The translations under genes and the position numbers were made by a program. From assembly GCA_002937855.1 (NCBI GenBank), contig PTKS01000005.1, positions 64,230-128,229 of the forward strand: a stretch of DNA of 64,000 bases, read 5' to 3'. Positions 43,398 to 51,165 of the stretch are shown here, piece after piece. The DNA is from Alphaproteobacteria bacterium MarineAlpha5_Bin12 (GTDB lineage: Bacteria > Pseudomonadota > Alphaproteobacteria > HIMB59 > GCA-002718135). The notes below the pieces were generated by a model that saw only the letters and a list, made by a program, of their open reading frames with translations, did no database searches and was not told the origin of the DNA. Position 1 is the stretch's first letter, and each line of letters begins with the position of its first letter.

Positions 43398-44405
43398 GTG
43401 GGGATGAAAGAAAAATTATTATCACTTGAAGAGATTTACAATTTGGCAAAAAAGGTTTTAATAGATAATGGGTGTAATGAGATAAATGCACATGCTGTTG
43501 CTGAAACAGTGACGAACGCAGAAAAAGATGGATCAGTTTCACATGGATTGTTTAGAATACCAGGCTACGTAGCTTCTTTAAAAAGTAAAAAGGTTAATGG
43601 TAATGCTGAGCCAAAAATAGAAAAAATTTCACCATGTGTTATTAGAATTGATGGAGATAATGGTTTTGCACCAACATCGATTAAAGTGGGAATACCTCTT
43701 GTTGCAGAAATAACAAAAAAGATTGGTGTGGGAATTTTGACTTTAAAAAATATTCATCATTTTGCAGCTCTTTGGCATGAAACTGAATCTCTTGCGGAAG
43801 AAGGTTTGGTTGGAATGGCATGCACTGCTTATAAGCCTAGTGTTGCCCCTGCTGGAGCAAAACTTCCTTTATTTGGAACTAACCCAATTTCCTTTGCTTG
43901 GCCTAGACCCGGAAAAACACCTGCAGTTTTCGATATGGCGACATCAACTATGGCACTTGGAGAAGTGCAAATTGCTGCTAGGGAAGGTCAAAAAGTTCCA
44001 CTTGGCACAGGCTTAAATGCTAAAGGAGAACAAACAACAAACCCAGATGAAATAGCAAATGGTGGAGTTTTGTTAACTTTTGGAGGTTATAAGGGATCAG
44101 CTATAGCTATGATGGTTGAGCTACTTTCGGCGGGGTTGGTTGGAGATCTATTTAGTTTTGAGGCTAAGGAGGTAGATAACAATGATGGTGGCCCAGCACG
44201 TGGAGGAGAATTTATTCTAGCAATGTCACCAGAATTAATTGCTGGAAAAAACTGGGCAGATCATTCAGAAGGTTTTTTTGAAAAGATGCTTTCACTTGAG
44301 GGTGTAAGACTTCCAGGACAAAGAAGACATAAAAACAGATTGTCAAACGAACCAAGAAATATCAACGCTGAACTTATTGCAAAAATTAAGAGCTTAATAC
44401 TATGA
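43398..44405 (+). CDS. Ldh2 family (malate/L-lactate/ketimine reductase type 2) oxidoreductase
   Basis: 335 aa. SHGL.R, HFGA-like HHFAALW, NP(I)SFA.P and GYKGSAIAMMVELL motifs. The ATG at 43404 may be the true start instead of the GTG at 43398. Confidence 0.75.
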   Translation: MGMKEKLLSLEEIYNLAKKVLIDNGCNEINAHAVAETVTNAEKDGSVSHGLFRIPGYVASLKSKKVNGNAEPKIEKISPCVIRIDGDNGFAPTSIKVGIPLVAEITKKIGVGILTLKNIHHFAALWHETESLAEEGLVGMACTAYKPSVAPAGAKLPLFGTNPISFAWPRPGKTPAVFDMATSTMALGEVQIAAREGQKVPLGTGLNAKGEQTTNPDEIANGGVLLTFGGYKGSAIAMMVELLSAGLVGDLFSFEAKEVDNNDGGPARGGEFILAMSPELIAGKNWADHSEGFFEKMLSLEGVRLPGQRRHKNRLSNEPRNINAELIAKIKSLIL

Positions 44406-45187
44406 AAAATTTTTCTAATATTATTTTAACTCAAACTAAGGACGGTATTGCGAGATTAACTTTAAATGAACCCAAAACTTATAACGCTCTTTCATTTGAC
44501 ATGATTAGATCATTATTACAAATTTTAAAAAAATTAAATAAGGATAAAAAAGTAAAAGTGATAATTATAGAAGGATCTGGAAAAGGATTTAGCGCTGGAC
44601 ATAATTTAAAGGAATTGAGGTCTTTAAAAGGAAAACCACAATATAAAAAAATATTTACCTTATGTTCTGATTTAATGATGGAAATAACTTTTAATAATAA
44701 ACCTGTGATAGCAAAGGTACACGGTGCCGCATTTGCTGCAGGCTGTCAATTGGTAGCGAGTTGTGATCTTGCTTTCAGCACGAAAGAGGCAATATTTTCT
44801 ACACCTGGTGTTAATATCGGGTTATTTTGCAGCACGCCAATGGTGGCATTAAGTAGAAAAGTAAACAGAAAGATATCTATGAAAATGCTATTAACTGGTG
44901 AACACATTTCTGCTGATTACGCTAAGGAAATTGGACTTATTAATGACTGTTATAAATCAACAAATTTAGAGGATGAAGTAATTAAAATTGCTAAAAAAAT
45001 CACTTCAAAATCAAGCCTAGTTTTAAAAATTGGAAAAAAAGCATTTTATAACCAGTTGGAAATGCCCATCAAAACAGCATATAAATATACTAGTAAAATT
45101 ATGACAGAAAATATGATGACATTGGATGCCAAGGAAGGTATCAACTCTTTTTTAGAAAAAAGATCTCCAAATTGGAAAAACAAATAA
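44402..45187 (+). CDS. Enoyl-CoA hydratase/isomerase family protein
   Basis: 261 aa. FSAGHNLKE and GAAFAAGCQLVASCDL crotonase-fold motifs. Confidence 0.85.
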   Translation: MKNFSNIILTQTKDGIARLTLNEPKTYNALSFDMIRSLLQILKKLNKDKKVKVIIIEGSGKGFSAGHNLKELRSLKGKPQYKKIFTLCSDLMMEITFNNKPVIAKVHGAAFAAGCQLVASCDLAFSTKEAIFSTPGVNIGLFCSTPMVALSRKVNRKISMKMLLTGEHISADYAKEIGLINDCYKSTNLEDEVIKIAKKITSKSSLVLKIGKKAFYNQLEMPIKTAYKYTSKIMTENMMTLDAKEGINSFLEKRSPNWKNK

Positions 45188-45579
45188 AGGAAATACTAAC
45201 CTCAACGAAGACAATAGCTCTTGTAGGCGCTAGCTCAAGAGAAGATAAAGATTCGTTTAAGGTTATGCAATACCTTCAAAATAATGGTTATAAAGTAATT
45301 CCCATAAACCCCTTTAATTTAGGAAAAAAAATTTTGGGAGAAAATGTTTACAGTAGTTTAGAAGAAGTTGAAATTAATATCGATTTAGTTGATATATTTC
45401 GCCCATCTGATGAAACACCCAATCTAGCGCATCAAACAGTTAAAATTGGGGCTAAAACACTTTGGTTGCAATTAGGTATTTTTAATACCGAAGCCAAAAA
45501 AATTGTTGAAACTGCAAAAATTAATTTTATTGAAAACAAATGTACAAAGAAAGAATTTGAAAAGATAATCAATAAATAA
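45172..45579 (+). CDS. CoA-binding domain protein (YccU-like)
   Basis: 135 aa. IALVGAS....K.S..V...L...GY.VIPINP pattern. Confidence 0.7.
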   Translation: MEKQIKEILTSTKTIALVGASSREDKDSFKVMQYLQNNGYKVIPINPFNLGKKILGENVYSSLEEVEINIDLVDIFRPSDETPNLAHQTVKIGAKTLWLQLGIFNTEAKKIVETAKINFIENKCTKKEFEKIINK

Positions 45580-45626
45580 TTAAATTAATTTATTGTAATA
45601 TAATATTTTTCGATTAAATTTAAAAA

Positions 45627-46661
45627 ATGAATTTTAATCATTTCTTAACAAGTTATATGCCAGATCCATCTATTGGATCAAAAAAGCATTTTCAGGATAT
45701 GATTGCTCAATCTGTTCTCGCAGAAGAGTTAAATTATCAAACTGTATCAGTTCCAGAACATCATTTAGTTAACCTTCTGATGATGCCATCACCATTGCAA
45801 ATGGCAGTGAAAATTGCAAGCGTGACAAAAAAAATTAATATTGCGACTAGTGTCGTGGTACTTCCTTTGCATGATATGCGCATATATGCAGGAGAAGTTG
45901 CTACTGCGGATATATTAACCGAAGGTAGACTCACGCTTGGTGTTGGTAGGGGAGCTTTTAGTTGGGAGATGGATAGACTTGGATCACCCATCAATAAGTC
46001 AAAAGAAAAATTTCAAGAGTCTTTAGAAGTCTTAAGACATCTTCTTGATGAAGAAGAAGTGAGTTGGAATGGTAAATATTATAAATTTGAACCAATAACT
46101 ATTATGCCGAGACCAATAAGCAAACCCATTCCAATTATGATCGCTGCCATGGATCCTGTAAGTATAATGGATGCTGCAGCAAGAGGATTTCATGTCCAAT
46201 CGACAGTTTTGTCAGGAAGTAAGGAAATACTTTTAGAGAGAACAACAGCATTTAAAGAAGGGGCAAAATTATTAGGAGAAAAAGGTAAAATGTTAAAGCT
46301 TTCTATGCAAAGGGTAGCATACGCTGCCAGAGATGAGAAAGATGCGGAAGAAAAAAATTTAATGGCATACGAATATTACAAAAGATTTGATAATATGTTT
46401 ACCGGACCCGGTTTGGTGAACAGGGGATTAATAAAACCTATAGAGCGCAATCAAACATTGGAAGAAATGAAAGAAAATTTAATAATTTGTCCAGTTAATC
46501 AAATGATTGATAAATTAAGTGTTTATGCTGAAGCAGGGGTTGATGATTTTATTGTAAGCTCAAGCTTTGGTCAAAATCAAGAAGATATAATTGAGTCAAT
46601 GCACAGAATAAGTGAAAATGTAATGCCTAGCCTTAAAAACGTAAAGTCTCGCGTCGCTTAG
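45627..46661 (+). CDS. LLM-class (luciferase-like) flavin-dependent oxidoreductase
   Basis: 344 aa TIM-barrel LLM pattern: vPEHH, LGVGRGA, W.G.yY.f....i.PrP. Confidence 0.75.
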   Translation: MNFNHFLTSYMPDPSIGSKKHFQDMIAQSVLAEELNYQTVSVPEHHLVNLLMMPSPLQMAVKIASVTKKINIATSVVVLPLHDMRIYAGEVATADILTEGRLTLGVGRGAFSWEMDRLGSPINKSKEKFQESLEVLRHLLDEEEVSWNGKYYKFEPITIMPRPISKPIPIMIAAMDPVSIMDAAARGFHVQSTVLSGSKEILLERTTAFKEGAKLLGEKGKMLKLSMQRVAYAARDEKDAEEKNLMAYEYYKRFDNMFTGPGLVNRGLIKPIERNQTLEEMKENLIICPVNQMIDKLSVYAEAGVDDFIVSSSFGQNQEDIIESMHRISENVMPSLKNVKSRVA

Positions 46662-46662
46662 A

Positions 46663-47439
46663 ATGTTTATATCCCATGATGTTTCCGGTCGTGGAGATCC
46701 AATAATTTTTATACATGGTGTTGGATCAAGAAAATCCTCGTGGAACTCAATAAAAGAAAAATTAAACGACCAATATCGATGTGTAAGTTATGATTTGAGA
46801 GGTCACGGAGAATCTCCATTACCAAAAGACAATATTTTTTTTTTAAATGATTTGGTAGATGATCTCGAGCAACTTCGTTTGCAATTAGATTTAAATAAAA
46901 TTCACTTAGTTGGACACTCTCTTGGGGGTCAAATTGGACCAGCTTACGCAAAGAAGTATCCTAAAAATGTTCTAACTCTTACTATGCTGTCTACAGCTGC
47001 ATTTAGAACAGACTCTGAAAAACAGAAAATTTATGATTTAATTCACATCATGAAAACAAAAGGACTTGATGAAGTACTTCCTACACTGATTAGCAGGTGG
47101 TATACCGATAACTTTGCAAAAGAAAACCCTCAATTTGTTGCCAATAGAATTAAAATGATACAAGAGATGGAGCTTGAAACCTTCTGCCAAGTTTTTTGGA
47201 TTTATGCAGATTGCATGATGGAGAATTGGATTCACGAAATAAAAATTCCAACTTTAGTGATGACCGGAGAGAATGATCTCTCATGTAATCCGCGTATAAA
47301 TAAAATGATTGTGGAGGCAATGCCAAATGCTCGCTTGGAAATTTTACGGGATTTGCGACATAGTATTACCGGAGAGAAGCCTGATTTAGTTGCAATAAAA
47401 ATAAGAAACTTTTATGAAGAAGTAGAAAATGCAAAATAA
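46663..47439 (+). CDS. Alpha/beta hydrolase
   Basis: 258 aa. IFIHGVG, nucleophile elbow GHSLGG, C-terminal LRHS. Confidence 0.75.
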   Translation: MFISHDVSGRGDPIIFIHGVGSRKSSWNSIKEKLNDQYRCVSYDLRGHGESPLPKDNIFFLNDLVDDLEQLRLQLDLNKIHLVGHSLGGQIGPAYAKKYPKNVLTLTMLSTAAFRTDSEKQKIYDLIHIMKTKGLDEVLPTLISRWYTDNFAKENPQFVANRIKMIQEMELETFCQVFWIYADCMMENWIHEIKIPTLVMTGENDLSCNPRINKMIVEAMPNARLEILRDLRHSITGEKPDLVAIKIRNFYEEVENAK

Positions 47440-47899
47440 TAACCAACAAGATTTAAAACAAAAATTATCATTAATGATTCAAAATCTTAATGAAGGTAAG
47501 CTAGAGGAAGTTAAGAACATGGGAAAAGAACTCTTAAAGAATCACAAAAATGCCGCTATTTATAACATTCTCGGGATAACCGCTTATAATGAAAAAAATA
47601 TCAAAGAAGCCATTCAGAATTTTAAAACCGCTCTTCAAATAAGTGAGAATAATTTTGACGCTCATAATAATCTTGGAAAAATCTACAAAGAGGAAGGTAA
47701 TTTAAAAGAGTCTATTGATTCCTATAAAAAAGCAATTGCAATAAAACCTGATTTTAATCAAGGTCATATTAATCTTGGTCTGGCATTATTAGAAAGGGGA
47801 GATTTGAGAGAGGGACTTGAATCTATCTATGGGATTGAGGGATTGGTTAAATTTAACAGCAAAAATTACAAGGTGATAGATAAGTTATGCAAAGAATAG
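47429..47899 (+). CDS. Tetratricopeptide (TPR) repeat protein
   Basis: 156 aa with three consecutive 34-aa TPR-like units (A.YN.LG..Y...G....AI..Y.KAL.I.P). Confidence 0.75.
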   Translation: MQNNNQQDLKQKLSLMIQNLNEGKLEEVKNMGKELLKNHKNAAIYNILGITAYNEKNIKEAIQNFKTALQISENNFDAHNNLGKIYKEEGNLKESIDSYKKAIAIKPDFNQGHINLGLALLERGDLREGLESIYGIEGLVKFNSKNYKVIDKLCKE

Positions 47900-48480
47900 A
47901 AATTGATAATTCTAAAAAACCAAATTTCATAGGCGCATGGAATATAAATGATAATGTTTTATGTAAAAATTTGATAGATTATTTTGAAAGCAATACAGCA
48001 AGTCATAAAAAAGGATTAACAGGTGCAGGAGCCGATGAAAAAATTAAAAAATCAATTGATTTGAGAATTACGGCTAAAACAGTTAATGAAAATAATACCT
48101 TAAAAGAATACATGAATAAAATTCATGGTTGTTATCTTGATTACTTGGAACAGTGGTCTTTTTTAAAAACCTTTGTTAAAGAAGTAGAGATAGGGGCTTT
48201 TAACATTCAAAAATATGAAACAGGCGGACATTTTGGTAGTGTTCACTCAGAAAGGACATCTCTGAAATCAGCCCACCGAATATTCGTCTTTATGACTTAT
48301 TTAAATGATGTTGAGGATGGGGGTTGCACCACATTTGATTATTTTGGAATAAAGGTCAAACCAGAACTCGGAAAAACAATCATTTGGCCAGCGGAATGGA
48401 CGCATGCTCATGCGGGTGAAACAGTTAAATCTGGGAACAAATATATTATCACGGGGTGGATGCATTTTCCTGTTTCTTAA
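47887..48480 (+). CDS. 2OG-Fe(II) oxygenase-like protein (prolyl 4-hydroxylase-like)
   Basis: 197 aa. GGHFGSVHSE (H-x-E), FMTYLNDVEDGGCTTF and distal THAHAG resemble the P4H-type double-stranded beta-helix. Overlaps the TPR gene. Confidence 0.6.
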   Translation: MQRIEIDNSKKPNFIGAWNINDNVLCKNLIDYFESNTASHKKGLTGAGADEKIKKSIDLRITAKTVNENNTLKEYMNKIHGCYLDYLEQWSFLKTFVKEVEIGAFNIQKYETGGHFGSVHSERTSLKSAHRIFVFMTYLNDVEDGGCTTFDYFGIKVKPELGKTIIWPAEWTHAHAGETVKSGNKYIITGWMHFPVS

Positions 48481-48585
48481 ACTTCTATTTCATTTCAACA
48501 TTACTCTTGGTTGGCGGTAGGATAATCTTGATGCAATACTTAGTAGTTTAAAAATTCTTTTTCAAATTCAAGTGTAAATCTGAAT

Positions 48586-48897
48586 TTATACTCCTGCGTT
48601 AAATTTAATTATTGTCATAATGTAAGTTATTAAAGTAACAAGAAAAATTAGAGGCATTATATTTTGTCGTTGTATCATCAATTCAAAGGTTTTAAGAATT
48701 GATATTCTAGTCATAATAATGTGTAGAATTATTCTAGCCACAAGAAGATAAAAATAACATTCAAGTAATAGACTTGGTTTAAGGGGATTAAATTTTCTCC
48801 ATCTTCTATAAGCAAGTATAACATAAAATTTGTATACTTTTTCAATCCATGGTAAATTTTTTTTATCTTGTTTTATTCTTTTTAATTTTGTTGTCAT
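48586..48897 (-). CDS. Hypothetical membrane protein, last gene of the minus-strand island operon
   Basis: 103 aa. Basic N-terminus followed by two to three hydrophobic segments. 4-nt overlap with the upstream DUF2130-type gene. No family recognised. Confidence 0.4.
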   Translation of the reverse strand: MTTKLKRIKQDKKNLPWIEKVYKFYVILAYRRWRKFNPLKPSLLLECYFYLLVARIILHIIMTRISILKTFELMIQRQNIMPLIFLVTLITYIMTIIKFNAGV

Positions 48898-50009
48898 TTT
48901 TTTTGGGGACTTGGTAATTCCAGTTTCTCGACATTTTTTATAGAATTCCCAGCAATACCTTTTAAAGACCCATAAATATTTGACGTACTTTTTATGATCG
49001 TTGTGTGTAGTTTCTCTCTTTTAGACCATTGTGTATTAAAGGATCTTTTTTCAGATTCTAGATCTTCTTGAAGCTTAATGAAGCTATTTACTATTGTCTC
49101 GACTTCATTACGAAATTCATGACTGATTATGTAATTATACATAAGAGAAGTTTTATTGGTTCTGTTTTTTTGAGATCCTATGATATTAGATACCTCGCAC
49201 GTCATAATGCGCAATGAATGAATAAGAAATTTAAATTGTGTAATGTTACATACCCATACGTTTTTTAATTGTTGTCCTGCAAGCAAATTTTTTGGAAGAA
49301 CATCAGTAACTATAACAGCAATCTGACATCCGCTGTTTTTTGCATCTTCCTTAACTTTTTCAATCCAAGAATTTTGAAATTCCTTAGCTCTTTTACTTTC
49401 TATACATATTTTACCAGCTATTTCTCCATTTATCATGACTTCATGCACAACATCAGCACCTCTTGCCCCTTTCTTTATTTCCGTTATGTTATCTTCTGGA
49501 AATTCTTTTCGCATCCATTCTTCAATTTGAATTTCCTGAGCTTCACCCTGAAGTTGCACAGAGCCTTGGCCAGCACGTTTTTGCATTTTTTCTAAATCGG
49601 AGCGTAATTGTTCTATTTTTATAGTTTTCTCTTGTATTAGCGTATCCTTCTTATCGAGCTCTAGTCCCAGTTTATCTTCATATTGCAGAGCAATCTCACT
49701 TTCCATTTCTTTATTTTTTCTCTCCAAAGACTGCATCTTTGTTTTCATTTTATTAAATTCTACTACTTTCTCAGAATAAGTTTTTAATTCTAAGTCCTTT
49801 TGTTTCATTTCTTCTTCATATTCATTAACAATTTTATTTTTCAATTTTTTTTCTGTTTCTTTTCGAGCCTTCTCTCTTTCCTGGTCAATCTTTTTGTCAA
49901 AAGTATGTTGCATTTCCTCTTGATAGGCAGAGGCTATAGCTTTTTTTATATCGACTTTCTCATGACAATGAGGACAGCGAATATGTTGAGTATCTTTATT
50001 TTGTGTCAT
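48894..50009 (-). CDS. DUF2130-type protein: N-terminal Zn-ribbon-like CPHC, long coiled coil, C-terminal PD-(D/E)XK-like domain
   Basis: 371 aa. IRCPHCHEKV, about 130 aa of K/E/Q-rich heptad-like sequence, then SVQLQGEAQE..FPED.ITEIKKGARGADVVHEV....GKICIESKRAKEF. I recognise this as the DUF2130 pattern with a D...E-S-K nuclease-fold motif. Confidence 0.7.
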   Translation of the reverse strand: MTQNKDTQHIRCPHCHEKVDIKKAIASAYQEEMQHTFDKKIDQEREKARKETEKKLKNKIVNEYEEEMKQKDLELKTYSEKVVEFNKMKTKMQSLERKNKEMESEIALQYEDKLGLELDKKDTLIQEKTIKIEQLRSDLEKMQKRAGQGSVQLQGEAQEIQIEEWMRKEFPEDNITEIKKGARGADVVHEVMINGEIAGKICIESKRAKEFQNSWIEKVKEDAKNSGCQIAVIVTDVLPKNLLAGQQLKNVWVCNITQFKFLIHSLRIMTCEVSNIIGSQKNRTNKTSLMYNYIISHEFRNEVETIVNSFIKLQEDLESEKRSFNTQWSKREKLHTTIIKSTSNIYGSLKGIAGNSIKNVEKLELPSPQKK

Positions 50010-50010
50010 T

Positions 50011-50115
50011 TTAAAAGAACCATTTCATTAAGAAGTAAATTAAAACAACAAAACCAATGATAGAAATTATAAACGACAATGCACTACCAAAAAGACCAAA
50101 TATGAAGTTTAACAT
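50011..50115 (-). CDS. Unlisted 34-aa single-pass TM peptide (MLNFIFGLFGSALSFIISIIGFVVLIYFLMKWFF)
   Basis: Own translation. Its ATG overlaps the upstream stop as TAATG (50117-50113 on the minus strand). Its TAA stop (50013-50011) sits 1 nt before the DUF2130 ATG (50009). The ORF exactly fills the apparent 105-nt gap. Confidence 0.5.
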   Translation of the reverse strand: MLNFIFGLFGSALSFIISIIGFVVLIYFLMKWFF

Positions 50116-51068
50116 TATAATTCCTCTTGCATTTTTTTAGAGAAACAACTGAAATGAATAATAGTTTCATCTAACATAAGTATTGTGGCACAAATATCTT
50201 TATTATTAATTGTAAATAATTGACCCAGGCCAGAATTTTTACACTGTTTGGCAATAGAATTATTTGCATTAAAAATAATATTATTTGCATCTTTTATTGT
50301 TGGTATTAAATTATCTCTTTTTCTATTTTCCATTTCATCTAATGCATAACTTTTAAGTATTTGTGGATATAGTGATTGGAAAATATTTTTATTTGAAAAT
50401 AATTCAAAACCTAGAATATTTTTACCTATTGCAAAAATAACACCTATTGCATCTTCAGGCATTGTAAGATGCTTAAGATAATTTTCCATTAATAGTTCAT
50501 TATTTTTATAGAGATCTTGCATACTTTCACTTGAAGAGTAAGTATCAAAAGAATTAAATTTTTTATTTATTTGTTCCCATGTTTGTTCCTGATCTGCTGC
50601 TTCATTATAGTTTGAAGAAATATCTTCATCTATATTTTTTTGCATTTTTTCCATTTTTGCAAATCTACCTTTTGCAAACATAGAAGAATTTCGTGAAGCA
50701 AATTGTCTAGATGTTCTACTCCATCTACCTTTTTCACTGCAAAGAACATTTAGTTTCATTTTTGTTATTCCAGGAATAATAGAAGATACTGTTGCAATTC
50801 TATTTTGCTTTAATTCAAAACCAGCTATTGTTTGACCATCAATGATAAAAATTGGAGTAGTATGAAAATTTTCAACCTCAACTTCAGGTACATATCCTTC
50901 ATCACTAATTTCAGTAATTTTTAAATTATTTTCATTTAAAGCTTTTGTAAAATGAGTAATATTTTGTTTAATATTTTCACCTATAATGGGGAAAACACTC
51001 AAGTTTTTATAGGTTTTTAAAGTACCTATTGAAATTTTTTCAAGTGTATTGTTATTTTTTTTCATCAT
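50115..51068 (-). CDS. DUF6569/ARPP-1-like protein, first gene of the minus-strand island operon
   Basis: 317 aa. The N-terminal pattern NLSVFPI...F(T)KALNENNLKITEISDEGYVPEVEVEN....PIFIIDGQTIAGFELKQNR......IP....KLNVLCSEKGRWS matches my memory of this family's conserved core (L.VFPL, V.E.v.N, ll.dGE.l.GakQnR, v.C.E.gRW). Confidence 0.6.
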   Translation of the reverse strand: MMKKNNNTLEKISIGTLKTYKNLSVFPIIGENIKQNITHFTKALNENNLKITEISDEGYVPEVEVENFHTTPIFIIDGQTIAGFELKQNRIATVSSIIPGITKMKLNVLCSEKGRWSRTSRQFASRNSSMFAKGRFAKMEKMQKNIDEDISSNYNEAADQEQTWEQINKKFNSFDTYSSSESMQDLYKNNELLMENYLKHLTMPEDAIGVIFAIGKNILGFELFSNKNIFQSLYPQILKSYALDEMENRKRDNLIPTIKDANNIIFNANNSIAKQCKNSGLGQLFTINNKDICATILMLDETIIHFSCFSKKMQEEL

Positions 51069-51140
51069 TAAGTATTTTCTGTTAATCTTAACAATAAAAA
51101 TTTTTTTTTGATATTCTAGTGGTAGAAAGAAATTTTTTAT

Positions 51141-51165
51141 TTATTATTATTATTATTATTATTAT
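51141..51165. repeat. Perfect trinucleotide microsatellite (TTA/ATT), about 8 units
   Basis: Direct reading: ttattattattattattattattat, ending at the ATG (51164) of the ATPase gene. It lies inside the 95-nt divergent intergenic region. Confidence 0.9.

Noticed and set aside
48481-48585. Possible tRNA, att site or integrase remnant at the core/island junction
   Set aside because: I found no cloverleaf-compatible sequence, no T-loop GGTTCGA-type motif and no repeat of this spacer elsewhere in the window. The other island border is outside the window, so att repeats cannot be assessed.
48564-48587. Inverted repeat AAATTCA-N10-TGAATTT between the convergent 2OG oxygenase and island genes, considered as a bidirectional terminator
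   Set aside because: The stem is only 7 bp and almost entirely A/T, with a 10-nt loop, and it overlaps the stop codon of the 103-aa ORF. Such matches are expected by chance in DNA this AT-rich.
48586-48897. Faint resemblance of LLLECYFYLLVARIIL in the 103-aa protein to the N-terminus of lasso-peptide B2/transglutaminase-like proteins
   Set aside because: The similarity covers a short hydrophobic stretch only. The protein is too short to contain the Cys-His-Asp catalytic core, and no precursor or cyclase genes are nearby.
51119-51163. GTG start giving an N-terminal MVERNFLFIIIIIIIM extension on the ATPase
   Set aside because: ATPases of this class begin right at the hydrophobic-x-hydrophobic-x-NF(K/R)GF strand, which is what ATG 51164 gives (MIEKFQISNFKGF). 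The extension is simply the translated ATT microsatellite. It is kept only as an alternative in the repeat finding.
51069-51163. Sigma-70 promoter for the ATPase operon (TTGATA at 51108-51113)
   Set aside because: No acceptable -10 hexamer lies at 16-18 nt spacing (AATTTT at 51131). The call would be arbitrary in this AT-rich spacer.
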